NCBI RefSeq assembly: GCF_006345805.1
Contig: NC_042998.1
Span: forward strand, 64,604,001-64,668,000
Source: Octopus sinensis
Lineage: Eukaryota
Reading direction: 5' to 3'
DNA: 64,000 nt
The translations under genes were made by a program, and so were the position numbers. Position 1 is the first letter of the stretch; each line of letters opens with the position of its first letter. The notes below the pieces were generated by a model. It was not told the DNA's origin and made no database searches. It saw only the letters and a list, made by a program, of their open reading frames with translations. Below, in pieces: positions 25,501 to 40,689 of this stretch.

Positions 25501-26640
25501 GAAAAAAGAGAAGTAAAATAAATTAATAATGGTTAGACATACTTGTTGGTAAATGGATGAGTTTAATGAATTGTGAATAATGGCTTGAAAGAATACAATA
25601 TAGAAAGACGTTCAGCAGTTGGAGAAATTAATAAAATAGCTAAGGATGAGAAAATTAATGAGCTGCATCTTAAGTAGATCTCATAACATCTCTGGTCCGG
25701 GAAATGAAGTTATAAATTATATTCTCAATATCTGCATAAAAGGATATATTATTACAAAACTGAAAAGACGATTTCGAGGATGTGCAAAGAAAAAGCATAA
25801 TGAACAAATTATTCGGAAAATTATCAAGCAATAAAATGATTGCTTTTACAATGGTATGAAATTATTGACATGTAGAATTGCTATAACGTATTGCGGTATT
25901 AGATTTTGCTATTCTGACATGTAATTTCACCGAAGTCAATAAGCCTTTTATCCTTATAGTATAAAAGTCCATCTTTATGTATTCGAGAATTGAACGAGCG
26001 ATGATCATAAGGCTCATGTAATTTTTATCTCTTTATGTATGTTCAATAGAACGTGTCAGTTCTTTTTGCCTTAGTTATAATCAAATTGAAATTTTTTATC
26101 GCTTAGTACTTTTTGATTCTGACCTATGTCTTAGAGAATATGACAAAGAAATCGCAAGACAGAATCATTTAAATATCGGGAACAGTATATGGTGGCATTC
26201 TAAACTAATAGTACAGAAAAATCAGATATTTTGATTTGAATTTGAGCATTTAAAAAATTTCATTTCCGACTCTTAAGGCATAGTTATATCTATAGGTAAT
26301 AGCTGTTGAATAAAACTTGAAAAAGCTGTAATTAATTTAATAATTAGATGTACAATATTAACCAATATAAATTCTAGACAAATTAATCAGCAACTTCAAT
26401 AGAATTTTCTTTCATCTACTCTCATTAACAATCAAGAGTTATTATTTACATATGTAATAGCTAGACTTGAATGCAATATCAAACGATTCAAGGAGATTTC
26501 TGGTTTTAGCTCTATGACTTATTCAAAGAAGTTAATGGTGAAGGCCATGTAACAAGAGAGAAATGATGGAAAAGCCACTGCCACAAAAACAACTACATAT
26601 TAATTTTGATATGTATAGATACACGCACACAGACACGCAC

Positions 26641-26678
<38 letters not shown>

Positions 26679-26764
26679 AAAAACGAATGGTTGGTCTCTG
26701 ACTACAGAATTATACGCATTTTATATACTCTGATTTATAAGTATATATAAGTATATACATAAAC

Positions 26765-26975
26765 ACTTGTAAATCTTTGACGACTTCTTTTCCTTTGGCT
26801 TCCTTTTCTCTTGGACTTTCCTCTGCCTCGTGTTTCTGAAGAAGAGTTTTTCTCGAAACGTTAAACCATCTTCCTTTCCTTCCCTGAGTGTCTACTAATA
26901 CTTTACATGCTGTACATTACAACGTCCTCGCGTTGTTGTTTTCTGTATTTGTTCTTCGCTTTTCGGGGATTTACG
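26765..26975 (+). mobile_element. Short PLE-type 3' end fragment with HHR, ending in (TA)n
   Basis: Pyrimidine-rich segment containing the HHR at 26832-26866, with about 110 bp of tail before the TA array. Confidence 0.55.
26832..26866 (+). ncRNA. Minimal type I hammerhead ribozyme
   Basis: GUUU-CUGAAGA-A-GAG(UUUUU)CUC-GAAAC-GUU-AAAC: 4-bp stem I, 3-bp stem II and loopless palindromic ACGU stem III. Confidence 0.7.
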
Positions 26976-27023
<48 letters not shown>

Positions 27024-29974
27024 AACAGAGTTAGCGGTTGGAATAACCGTCTACAGGATGAGAATATCCGTTTTTATTTCCGGTATCATTTTCCTATGTT
27101 ATCCCTGATAATGGGTATGCAGGCACACTATGCTTATAGGGTACAGGTAACAACAGAATAAACAAAAGTTTATCCGGAATTCTAATTTAAATAGCCAGAA
27201 AGCGGGGAAAAACATTCGATCAACAAACAAATTGACCAACATCGGTTTATTAATTGTTAATACAAACATAACATAACCTTGAATAACACACACAAACACT
27301 CACACACACACACACACACATACACACACACACACACACTCATATTCATACATATATGTCAGTAGTCAGGTCTCTCATGTATACAACTGGCAACATGGAA
27401 TTCAATGCAACCTGCCGGCATTGGTCAGAGCGTAGAAGAATGCAACGGCGCCAGAATTACCCTTGCCTGAGGATTGTTAGAAACTTAGCTGGACTAAATA
27501 TAAGATATGCTAAAAGGATGGATGAACCTCTCTAGAAATAACGCTGGCCATCAGAAATTATATATTGGTGTCGGGTGTGCTGTAAGACGACTGGGAGTGA
27601 GACAGCACTCAACCTTTGCTAAATCAGGTCTCTAGGAGAAGGCCACACTGATATGAATATGCGGATGCAGGATACACTGGAAATTTGGGGACTCTTTCGT
27701 TTGGCATGAGAGCATGACACTCTTATATTCTTGAGTTTGTGACCCTTATTTACCCCGGGTGCCTCGCACTGGCTTGTCTCTGGATCACGTAATTAGGGTT
27801 TAGAGGGTGTATGAGGTGTTGTGTATGCAATTTAGGACAAATATTTTGGGATGTACGATCACCAGTGAGGAGACTTTCCGGAGGAGAGTACCGAGATGAG
27901 CGCAGAAGCTGTGAGCCCCTGTAAACTCAACCGTAGGTGCAATAACCTTATGCACAGGCTTTGCTGAAATTTGGCCACGCAGTGGTTAGTAATAGTTCTC
28001 TCCGATTATATTCGTGTCAGCCTGACATGTGTATGAAGAAAAACACTTCCTAAAGTTACCGCAAGCGCGCTATTATCACATATGCACATTGCTGAATGCA
28101 ATTACTTGCATATATATTCAGTTTTACTTCTCGATAATGTATTTCAATTCTTCATACCACCACAATATATCAGTCGATCACTTAATCCTATGAATATCAA
28201 ATGGTAGCAATCATTGAATAATTCTGAAAATCTTAAAAGTAATTATTATGCCGTTATGAATATTTGAACTTGGCGGTTTTATGAATATTATGTTTAAAAT
28301 TAAAATTATATACAAAATATAAAATGAAAATACTGTAAATAGTAAACATTTACAAAAACCCGTTATCATCCGTATGAAGTTAAAATATACAAGAGAAGCA
28401 TTGGAGCTTTAAGTGGATAATTATTTATTTGTTTTTATTATAGAATAAACACAGAAACAAAGAGCCTTGCAATAAAATTAAGAAGTCATAAAATAATATA
28501 TAAAATTATTTTGAAGTAGCAAGATAATGTATTGGATTACACAGATATTATTTTACATGCCAAGAAGCTAGCATATATTCTGTTGTTCGATTAGCTATAA
28601 ATAACAACCAAATAACCATGAAATCTGACACTACCATCAAGTAAAGGACGTAATTCGTTTTTTGAGCTCCGCTTCTGAACGAAATATGCTTAAGGCCTTT
28701 AACCTTTTGGTAAGGAATGCTTTTTCTCATGTCCCCCAACTAAACGACAAGAAATATTACCTATGCATAAGACACACTCTATCAAATCGAAGTTCCTACC
28801 CATTTCTTTGAGCGCAACATTGCGTTATTTATGCGATATTTGCTCTAAAATGAAGTCATTTGAATTGATGCAAGTTTTAATCCTTTATTAAGTTTCAATC
28901 GCTACATTTGAGGGGTTATATTTTCAAGGAAATAAAACATGAGTTTTCCCGAAAATAAACACGTTGCTTTAATCTGCGTTCTGTCTTTTCGCCATAAGTC
29001 GCATATGATGGATGCAACTCAATTTTGAGTGACGTCATTTCTCGATTGATCTCCTCCATCTGAAAAGCAAGGATGTGGCTGTTCAGACGAATTAGAGATT
29101 TAGACAGATTTGCACATAATTTGGCAACGAAGGCTAACTCTTGCAGTAGGCGTTATAGTATACTTTTGATGACCCTCATATATATATGAGATTTCAGTAC
29201 ACTTCCGGTCGAACAATGATTTCCACATTCCCTGTATAAACACATGCAGTATAATGCGTAGGCAAGAACACCCTTGTGCGACTTGTCTGATGACATTTTA
29301 CGGACTGACTCACATTGACAGACACGCCCACACTGAGTGACTGTTAAACTGAGCTATCATGAACACACCTACGGTAATTAAAATATAGACACTTGTCAAC
29401 ATTTCCCGCTCATTTTATAATCGATGCCATTTTGTTCTAATTCCTTCTTACAATCCTACACTGTTTTTTGTTCTACACTGCATCCTAGATGCTTTCCTTC
29501 TACGTTTATTTCAGTTTATGCACAGATAATCAGATAGAAGTACGTGTGTGTCTGTATGTGTGTACATATGAATAAATCTATATAATTATATATGTATGCA
29601 TGTTTACACAGACACACACCCACATATTACGTTGTCAAGTATGAAATTTGTAGCAAAGGATATGGTAGCAAAGTATATTGACAGTTGCTCATTTTGCCCC
29701 GTTATTGCGTTTTGACAATCTTTGTTTTTTGTCAGTAAATCGGCACATTAATTTCTTTATTCTAATTAATTTTGCGCTTTAGAAAGTATTTATAAATCGT
29801 TTTTTGCTATTTTTGTGTAGATATGGATAATTTGGAAATTCTGTTTTGAAATATGAGTTCTTTCTTGGAGAGATAGTTAAGTTGGAATTTCAGTTTTGTA
29901 ATATGAGTCCTTTCTTGGAAATACAGCATCTCAGACAGCTCGGAATAGTAATGGAATATTTCATTCTAATGTTA

Positions 29975-30585
29975 TTGCACAGCAAACAGGATTAAATTGC
30001 TTTGCAACATTTCGTTTAGGTAACATTGACATCACAAATGATCGACGTGGTTGACCAGAGACAAAGGTAGTTAATGACGAACTGAAATCCACCGTCGAGT
30101 CAGATTCATCTGAAAGTGCCCGTGAATTATTGTTGTTGGTTAGTGTTATCAAGCAAACAACAATGCCTCACCTAGTTCAAATCGGTAAATAGAAGAATTT
30201 GGATAAGTGAGTTCCACATGAACTCAATGAAAATCAGAAACAGCAATGTTTAGAAGCCTGCATTATTCTACTTTCTTGTCACACAAATGAATCATTTTTT
30301 TTAATGTAACATTGTAACATTGTGATAAGAAATGGATCCAATACAACAACCAGGAACGTTCCACAAAATGCATGGATAAAAACAAGCCACCAAATCACAG
30401 ACCAAAAATTCCTCAGAGGAAGCTGATGGTCTGACGCAGTTGTGATCCATTATGATTTCATTAAACCTGGCACAGGAACCATGGCCGACGTATATTGCAG
30501 CCAAATGGACTAAATGATGCAGAAATTTACAGTGAATATTGTCAATATTCAATCCGACTCCTGTCACTGGTTTATCATGTGCGAG
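29975..30585 (+). pseudogene. Degenerate mariner (DD34D-type) transposase
   Basis: DK*VPHELNE (WVPHEL motif, about 30202-30230), CDKKWIQYNN (GDEKW motif), VIHYDFIKPG..YCSQMD; many stops and frameshifts. Confidence 0.8.
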
Positions 30586-30801
30586 AAATCGCTTAATTAT
30601 TCAAAAAATTCCAACTGAAGCAGCGTGGATCTCAGTTTCGATATGAAGGTTGCTCATATATTTATAAACGTATGTTTACATGTTAGGTTCTGTATGAATG
30701 TATGTTAATTGCATATATATGCACGTGTCAATTTTTAGAACATCTATTTCGATATTGCTTGAATCTTTGCCTTGACTATGCGCTTACATATGAATATGAA
30801 A

Positions 30802-30943
30802 AGTGCGTAACTGGTTCTTAATTTATCGACCCCGAAAGGATGAAAGGCAAAGTCGACCTCGGCGGAATTTGAACTCAGAACGTAACGGCAGACGAAATAC
30901 TGCTACGCATTTCGCCCGGCGTGCTAACAATTCTGCCAGCTCG
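30802..30943 (-). mobile_element. tRNA-related SINE 5' part (abundant family)
   Basis: Minus strand gagctggcagaattgttagcacgccgggcgaaatg...gagttcaaattccgccgaggtcgactttgcctttcatcctttcggggtcgat. The family also occurs at 40688-40915, about 51030-51180, 62471-62680 and 62761-62985. Confidence 0.8.
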
Positions 30944-33025
30944 AAATATATAGCTTCCATTTATTAGTGCTACGATTCTTGGAATTTTGTACTTTTAATA
31001 TGTAGCTTCTGTCACTGTAGAATCGTCAATATTTCGCTACATATATTTTAGAGTGATTCATTATCGATACATTCCCGTTGTTCTAGAATATTCGATTTAA
31101 TTGATGTTCAATTCACGTATATATTTCTTCAACTGTATATATCCAGATTAAAAATTTGGATAAGATGTAGCGGACACTGCGAATGGTTTCCTAAGTAGCG
31201 TATATATTTCACAGTGCACAATACAATGCAATGTTTGTACTTTACGTCGTAATATATTCTTGGAAAACAACTTTTCCTCGATATGTCGTACAGGATTTCA
31301 TGAGGATATCTGTTGGTTAGTGGAATGCTGATTTTGGTGTGTACAGCATATCCGCGGCCCGGTGAATACTACCAAACTGTAGTCGGATGTCTTAATTTAA
31401 GAAAACGTTTTGCAATCATGCCTACACACACTCACACATGTAGGTATATGTGCACATATAAAATACAAAGCTTGAATATATGTGAACAGAGTTTAAATAC
31501 GCATGACATGACAAATAGTTTTATGGTTTTCTGTTCGATTCTGAAAGACAATTTATAAGACTTCATTCATCAGCCTCTGTATGAAGCAATCTTATGTGAG
31601 GTTCCAACTTTGGTGCATAGCTTAATTTGCGTGTTTGTGTTCTAAAAGATCGTCATTATTATCATTTAAAGAAAAAGCGTCTATTTAAGCATAACACGTC
31701 GTAGAGTGAAGAACTAAAATGTCTGAAAGCCTTACTTGGCTTGTGATGTGAATGTAAATACATTCTTTCTATGGTACTCATATTGATTAGCAACTGGGTA
31801 TTGGGTCTGACAATGACACATGGCGTGGTGTATGTGGAGGCATGTATGCAATTCGTGTAAAATGTCTGATGGCTTATGACAGTAACTCATAAAGTAAACT
31901 GAGTTAATAAAATGTATATGTTTCGTAAAACTACAATCTTAAGTTTCCAAGGCACAAGCGGATATGTAGTATTTTAGAATTGTTTAACGTAAGCCAACAT
32001 TGAGTAACACACATGCACACACACACAAACACACCTACACACACATACACACACATTCTGTATCATGTATTCTTTCTCTCTCTCTCTCGCTCGCTCTCCC
32101 TCCCCCCTCTCCCTCTCTTTCACATAAACACTCACAGAAGGTTAGGCGTCTAACTAAAGTTTAAATATTCTAATACAACGGCAAATCAGAGCAATAATGA
32201 ATCATACTACATGAATATTTATTTGTAAATATTTGTCGACCAAAAGATGATGTCAAGATATTTTCTGATGAAAATTTACATTTTGTTTTATGCTTCAATT
32301 TACAATTTTTCTTTTGTATCACAGAATCCAATCATTGACACTTTCAACTTTTCATTCAGAATAACAAGTATTAACATTATGACAAAAGTTTATTTTTAAA
32401 TGTCATCTAGCAATTAACCTGTGAAATCTTCAGTTGATCCTCCAATAGAACTTACATAGTTTTGCAAGTTTATTAACGAATCACTTCTAGACTATGATAA
32501 TAAATATCTGTTGTTTCTTTCAAATCTAAACTACCTCCACATCGCATAAAATGGAGTATCTACTTGAAATAAAGTCTATTATTAAAGGTACAATTTATCA
32601 ACAAAAAAAGCAATATTGTGACTCCATTTGAAAATTACATTGTTTTATTAAATAATACAATATTATCATATTATAAGCTATGGTTCTACCAGCAACATCC
32701 AGTTGTTTCAAACCATTCTTCGTAATCACATTTTAATTGTTCAGGACCATGAATTACATGGATCTAACAGACTACTTCACTCGAACACTGTTGATCAGAC
32801 CTTAAATTTGAAATAAAAGTTGATCTCTGAACGTAAATTGACTGTCTATCTGCAGGAGGCATTTTTTTCTCGTTTCAGCAATTCCATCAATTAATAAGCC
32901 TTAAGAGACATGTAGTTAAGCAAAGTATTACATGTTTCATAAGAGCTGAAATGGATAAAAAGCAGGTGATATTATAACAAACACATGGAAGCCAGACAGA
33001 AATGTATGTTGGGAAATTACCTGTG

Positions 33026-33100
<75 letters not shown>

Positions 33101-34080
33101 CCACACTATTAGAAATAAACTGAGATTAAAGCCAAATGAATTACATCGTTTACCTTAGTAACATGACTAAGGTGGAATCCGAACATATAATGGTATTGTA
33201 ATATATATTGAGGTAAAAAAATGTCATTCGCGAAAATGGAGAGGATTACGCCATTTCATAATGATGAAGAGAAATGCTCAGATTTATTTATATACCAATT
33301 TTAATGATATAGAAAACAACAAAATTGTCATATATTGAAAACGGTTGCGATACCAAAACAAATAAACTTGATCGGCGAATAATATTTCTTCATTTAATTT
33401 TCTAAATGTAGTTATCTATGCGAATAATGAGTATGGTATATTTTACTTCTTAATGAGATTGTCTGATATAAATCAAACGAACAGTTGGTTTAAAGGAGGT
33501 TATTGTAAAATACATGAAACATGTTGTTGAGCTGTCTGAAAAGATAATTGCGATGATTTTTTTATTGTAGAATTTTTCACATCGCTATCCACAATTATTT
33601 CTTTCAGTCGAGATACTATATTATGTTAAGCCTTTATATTGATAGAAACTCAAATTAAGATATTTCTTCATACAGGGGATCAATGGCAGTTTACACAGTC
33701 TACACAGCTAAGCATAGTCGTAGAATGAGAAACTTTTACAGACACCATACATTAATCAGTTATAAGATACAAATGTAAAACCGATGTATTATGTGCCATC
33801 TCATGAAATGAAACTTAAACACGTCACAACCGTCACGTGCGTACAAACATACACATAAGAATATTATTCATTCGATATTCTTAGAAATACTAAATAGCCT
33901 TGAATCACCTAGTTCTCAAATTATAACTAAGGTATTTATCATGAATAATTCAAAATGAAGGTAATCACAACAAAATAGTTTGAAATTTCAATATATCACT
34001 GCTGTTCCTTCTGTATTTCTAACGCTCGTGACATATCTACTTATGTATCTATTGATGCGTGTATACCTGAGTAGTATAAC

Positions 34081-34143
<63 letters not shown>

Positions 34144-34218
34144 AATATATGTATGTATGTATGCAAGCATCCATACATGTATTTGTGTTTATGCATCTAG
34201 GTGTAATTCTTATATATG

Positions 34219-34249
<31 letters not shown>

Positions 34250-35721
34250 TTGTGTGTATGTATATATATATATACGTGTGTGAAGATTATGAGTCCATTA
34301 CTTAAGGTACATAAACACATACATATACATTTCCGCAGCACAATATTCAAATATTGCTTGAAATACATATATTATGCTTCCAATATCTGTTGTGAAGAAT
34401 AACGTTTCCTATGAGTTATATATCTATTTATATTACACGATATTCTCCGCAGAATGTTATATTTCATTTAATTGTTCAAATGATTTAAGCAATCATAGTA
34501 GACAGAAAAAGGTAAGCGATGTAGAGGACTTACTCGCCAGTTTTAGTTATAAATCTATCTGCTTCCACTCCAATATATTGTGGATGCATTGAATTTCCTG
34601 TCACTTTAAAATAATAAAGATTGATTTTTTGGGTCATATACACTCCAACCTAAGCCTCTAATATCAACATATTTATAGATTTGTTTTGTTATGATGCATT
34701 GATACATAATTGAACTATGTGTAATAGGATTATGTATCTGGCAACCATTGTTTAATAGAACCAGAGAATTTTGCTGCTTCTCTGACACAGAGATCATGCC
34801 GAAGAAAACGTACAATAGCTCGACAAATGTAAATAGTTACATAGTTGCAGGCGATATGAATGCATAAGTGACTAAAATCAACAAAGTAATTAAAGAGGTA
34901 CATAATCTATCAAAATAAACAGCAGAAAGTGTTTTTAACGAATACAGATTTTGGCAAAAATTGTGTATTTCATACAGTTATATGGGAAATGAAAATTATT
35001 TATTACATATAAGTAGGGATCAATATTCCTGTTGAAAGCAAAATGATACAATGTTCGTTGGTCGAAGGGCAATAGATTATTCCGAATTGGAAAATCTGAA
35101 AATCATAGAGGCGCAATAAGGCGGCAATAGACGTATGTAAACTATATTAAACGGAGCAACGAATGCAAATTCAGATTTGGTATTTTAGCATATCGACTAA
35201 AAGTCGATATTATTTTATAATTTCTCAACACATGCAACTCATGTTAGTATTTTATAAAGACATTATAGTCCGTAGGCAAATATTATTGTTCTTCTGTTTG
35301 AATAGGTTCGAATGAGGTAAAATTACGTAGAATCTGAAAATTTAGGACTGGTGTTCTAGCATGGCTGAAATCCAATAACTAAAATCAATAAAATATAAGA
35401 GAAATTTTGTTCTAGATATTCAACAATTAAGCTACAACAAATACATGTATTATTCATGAGCTGTTTTATGCTGAGCATTATAGCTTACATTGATAAATAA
35501 ATTCTTATGTTTCGTACAACATTAAAAAATGATTTGTTTGATAAAACATTTATGATGAAATTATTTAAGTGAAATAGTGTATAACTTTAAATATCACACA
35601 AGCAGTTAACGTCTTAGAGATTTAATTGCCTTTAAACATAAGAATGCAATTAATAATTAATTCCTACACTCACTCTTCAATTAAGCAATTGAAATTTTCT
35701 TCATCCACATGCATTTGTGTA

Positions 35722-35727
<6 letters not shown>

Positions 35728-35764
<37 letters not shown>

Positions 35765-35853
35765 CATATATACATATATATACATATACATGTATATATA
35801 TATATATATATAATATATATATATATATAATACATATATACATATATATACAT

Positions 35854-35884
<31 letters not shown>

Positions 35885-35905
35885 CAATATATATATACAT
35901 ATATT

Positions 35906-35941
<36 letters not shown>

Positions 35942-36090
35942 CATATATCCATACATATTTATTAATATATCTATATATCCATACATATATATTATATATA
36001 TATATATATATCCATACATATACATTTATATATATATATATATAGCCATACATATATATATATATATATGTACATATATATATATGTTTG
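35728..36090. repeat. Compound (TA)n/(TACA)n microsatellite
   Basis: Direct reading; it is the source of the IY-rich ORFs. Confidence 0.95.
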
Positions 36091-37029
36091 TGTGTGTGTG
36101 GTTGTTGAACATATATATAAATTCACACACACACACACACACACACTAACACGTTCGAACGCAACACTCATTTATTAATGCTGATAAATGTCGGTTGGCT
36201 GGTTAGATGGTTGGTTGATTTCTTCGGCATTGCTTTACATTACATACGGAAAGAAATATATAGAGAGAGGGAGATGGAGAGTGTGTAAATGACAGATACA
36301 AAGAGGATAAATACGTTTGCCGAAAAATAAAACGCTTCTGGTTGAATTTTGAATAGTTTTCCGATAGCGTAAATTACGATGTTATTGATGAAATTTAGAA
36401 AGATAATAACATATTTACCCTGAATATGCACATGAGATGTTTGTAATATTTAATTTGAAATTGAAATTAATAAATATTTTTAGTTTGATAATTAGTATTC
36501 CTTTCATCCTTTTCTACAAGTAGGAAAACTTTTGATAGCAGTTTTTACCATTTTTGTATATATACTACAGCTACACGCCCGTATGAATATGTAGACGTAT
36601 TCATGTATAGCATGTTACATTTATATTATGTAAATCAAATGATAATATTATTTTAAGCATTAAATTGGATTTCTACAAAGCAAAACCTTTAGTAATTATC
36701 TAAGTAATTAAATATGAAGCAAGAACGTAAATAAATAATTTTTTTTAAGATAGAAAATCTACAGTTCATATATCACTGATTTGTATGTATATAGATAGAT
36801 AATGACTTCAAATTTTGGCACAAAGCCAGCAATTTCTAAGGGGGCAGAAATCGAATGAATCTATTCCATTGCTCACAGTTGCTCCTAATTTTGTCGCTCC
36901 CGAAAACATGAACAACCATTTTAACCCACACCGCATTTGAACGTAAAAATGAAGGAAGAAATGCTGCCAAGTGTTTTAAACCGGTGCTAATCAATTCTGC
37001 AACCTCGCGATATATAAACTCGCAAACCA

Positions 37030-38635
37030 GGTCTTTATTACTGAATCTTTAAATTTTATACTTCAGAACAATTATCTCCTATGTAACGACACTTACTATC
37101 GTCAAATATTCGGAATTGCAATGGGAACGAAATAATGGGCAATTTTGAATTCACCATCATGAAGTGTTACTGCAAAAATACGGATACACATTTCACCATT
37201 ATATAAGAGAATCCTGGAAAAGATACCTGGACAAGTGCCTTATTATTTGGGAGGAGGCCATTGATAAACTTTTGGAACTGAAAACAATACTGGATAATAT
37301 AAACACTAACATTCAATTCACAATAGTATATAGCAAAATACAGTTCCCCTTCTTGGATATTATGATTAAAAAATTCAACAACCGAATTATAAATGACATT
37401 TATCATAAACTAACGGACTCTCCTGTTTAGCTCTTGCTACGCGAAACGCACCAAAAGGAATATCCCTTTTAATTTAGCAAAACGGATTTGCACAATAGTC
37501 TCTGATAGAAATTCTCGGGACATTTTTATTCAAGACATCAAAACAACACTAACTGAAAGACAATATCCACCCCCAATTATAGACGATGAAATTAAGCGTG
37601 CTAGGAAAGTAGACATTGAAACAATAAATGCAATAAAACATACCATCACACCCAATCTCAAAACACTACTGTATATATCAACTGACAACCCTAGAAACCA
37701 GGAGGCATGCAACACCATTGTACAAAATTTACTATTCTCATTAGAGGTAAACTGAAATTAACAACATTCTGAAACATAAATCCATCAAATGCAAAAAGGA
37801 ACAGAAATCGCTAAAAAGACTTCTAACAAATGTGAAGCTTTACATAACAATCACGTAACCAGCTGTTAAAAATGTGGACGCCCAAAATGTGGAACATGCC
37901 CCAACATACTGGAATGCTTGGAATTCCTATTCGAACAAGGAGAGCGGTTCACAATCAATACCAACTTCATTTGTGCTTCCGAGAGTCTAATTTATGGTGT
38001 AACTTGCTTAGATTGTGGAGATCATTATATAAGACACAAATGTATGACACTGAGGTGAAAAACCACACTACATAAGGAACGATTCCGGCTCCCACAATGC
38101 AGAAAGTTTCCTTTGAGTGAACACATTGAAAGTTGTGCAGATAATATCTGACCTGTTTCCCCATTTAGCCGTGCAAAGTAGCAATTTCTATACAAGAACG
38201 TTTAAATAAAGAAAATCTTTCATTGAAAAATACCAGACATGTCTAAATATGAACGCATAACCAGCTTTGATCTCAGTATATATTTTAATTCATGATCACA
38301 TATCCATCACTGTACATATTTCTTCTCATTACTTTAGCTCCTGGGTTTTTCTGTATATTTATCCCCTACCCGAAAGATGAAAAATTACCTCCCTTGTCCC
38401 CAAAAACGATCACCAACTACCTCCCCTTAGCTTCTTCTACTTGTTGAAGAATTTGTTCATAAACTTTTCCACACACAACATGAACTAAAATCATCTAATG
38501 GAAATACGAAATTACAATAATATCAATGTCATGATTAGCGGAAGCGAAACCGGTCGACAAACAGAATATAAAGTACATTAAAACTATGTACAGTTTGTGT
38601 ACTTTCCTTCTTTTATTTCATATACATGTGTTGCA
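37030..38635 (+). mobile_element. Decayed Neptune-type PLE (RT C-terminal half + GIY-YIG + 3' UTR)
   Basis: FILQNNY..YRQIFGIAMGTK, KRYLDKCLIIW, IQFT..FPFLDI..DIYHKLTDS, TKRNIPFNLAKRICTIVSD, KCGRPKCGTC..FICASESLIYGVTCLDCGDHYI; coding end at 38260; multiple stops and frameshifts. Confidence 0.88.
38527..38559 (+). ncRNA. Degenerate minimal hammerhead ribozyme
   Basis: UGUC-AUGAUUA-GC(GGAA)GC-GAAAC-CG-GUC-GACA. The stems are intact, but the core differs from CUGAUGA at two positions. Confidence 0.5.
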
Positions 38636-38709
38636 TTACAATTCACCACGTGGGGGGGTAGTCGAACTTTGTATTATTGTATACACTCTGACAGAAGCAT
38701 AAGTACATT

Positions 38710-38741
<32 letters not shown>

Positions 38742-40643
38742 CACACACATATATATATATGAGTATGAAATAAAATTGAAAGAACCTCATGGTAAATGCA
38801 ACAAAGTAAGTCCATCGTTATATACATGTATGTGTATGTATTGCTGAGGGTGTAATTAGAAGTATCTTATATTTCCGCTGAAAATCCGGTTTTCCTAAGC
38901 TGCTTTCTCATTAGCGATATCATTAATTCTGCAGTTTCGAACGTTTTTTTCCTCCTTCATTTAAAGTCAAATTCCCGATATCCATACCGTAATAATGCTG
39001 ATCGTAACCCTTTTTATTTATAGTCAATGGCTGTCGAAATTTTAAGTATACATCGTCTCAAAAGTGTTTATTATTGTATATTCTATATCTGCTTAAAGAT
39101 GTAACTATCACCGTTTTGCTTTTGGATGCTGAATTTCCGACGTCTGTTAATGCATATGAAACTTTTGCTTCAAGTTTTCTGACTTGAATAATTGAAGTCA
39201 CGTTCCTGAAATCCTTCGGAACTTAACGCTTTTCTTTTTACTTCATTCAATATGTTAAACATGTCCTGTTTGGTGCTAGATTTCAAAGTCTGCGCTAATT
39301 GCTATTGACTGGTTCCAATACAATCAAGTTATACATATGGTACTAAATGTTGAATACATTATGGTTCCCTGTCATAAGCGTAGCAGTATGTAATAACATT
39401 TATTCTTATGCATTTAATGCTGCATAAGTATGTACAAATTAATATATTTATCCTCATTTCTCTCAGATGGAGGTAGAACAACACACTCAGTTGTGAACAC
39501 CGTAACACTTACAATGAATTTTTCTGTAATAACATGCGTCAGCGAACAGTCAAAGAGACTGCTTACACCGCAAAATACCACCCAAGTGGATCATCCACCA
39601 GACTTGGAGTCTCAAAACGAAAGCTATTTTTACCACATATACTCAATTGTTGATTTAGCACTGAATCATTTAACATGATGTTTTATTTGGATCCAAATAC
39701 CCCTAGTAAACGAGGACATATCTGCTGTTTTCATATCTAAATTTAGAAAAACTCCTGCGTTGGGAAACACCCAACAGTGGCTTCACAACCGGGGTGCATA
39801 TTGCCTATGAGAGTCCATATGAGATTTAAGTGTGAAAATATGTACAATAAATTGGTTGTACTTCAATACACACACTATTTTAATTTTTATACAATTCCTA
39901 ATAATATCTAATTATAAAAGTACATTAAGCTTATTTTGATGCAGTGAACGAATATTGAGTTCCAATAGTATAGAAAAAGAATCAAAGGGATCCATAAGCA
40001 AAACAGATTACTCCGTAGTACATTGCACAGACTGAGCAAGTTCCCACGTCAGTTTTTCTCCTTACGATAACCGATATATAGATGTATCGCAGCTCATTTT
40101 TTCATTCTTGTCCTATCACTTTTGTGCGCACCTGATATTATCGTGTGTTAAAAATCTTATACTGTATTCTGTACAAGTCGTACACAGAAAATAAATCCTC
40201 CAATCAAAAACATATGTTTATATTAGATTCATCTGTAGAGTGGGAAGTTATATGTCATATTGACATTGAAGTTTCGCCTCGGGATATTTTACATTTCATA
40301 TATGTATGTTTTATTTTATATATTTTCTATCTAAATGAAGATAAATATTCTAATAATTTGGCGTGGGAAAAACGATTTTTTACAAATTGCTCTCAAAAAT
40401 GATACATCCCCAGGAATTATTGATTTTAAAATGAAATTCAGTATACTATTATTATACTTTTTTTTATTTAGCTTCAAAGATAACTGAAAAAACGTTACAT
40501 TAAGTGAAGTGTTAGATTTTCACTCTTTGTCAATCTTTCGTATCGTAAGATTTTAGTGTAAGATACATGTATAGTTTTATTAGCCTTTAAACGACTCACA
40601 CATTCACATGCTCACAGGCATATGTGCGGTCACGTGTCTTGGC

Positions 40644-40687
<44 letters not shown>

Positions 40688-40689
<2 letters not shown>

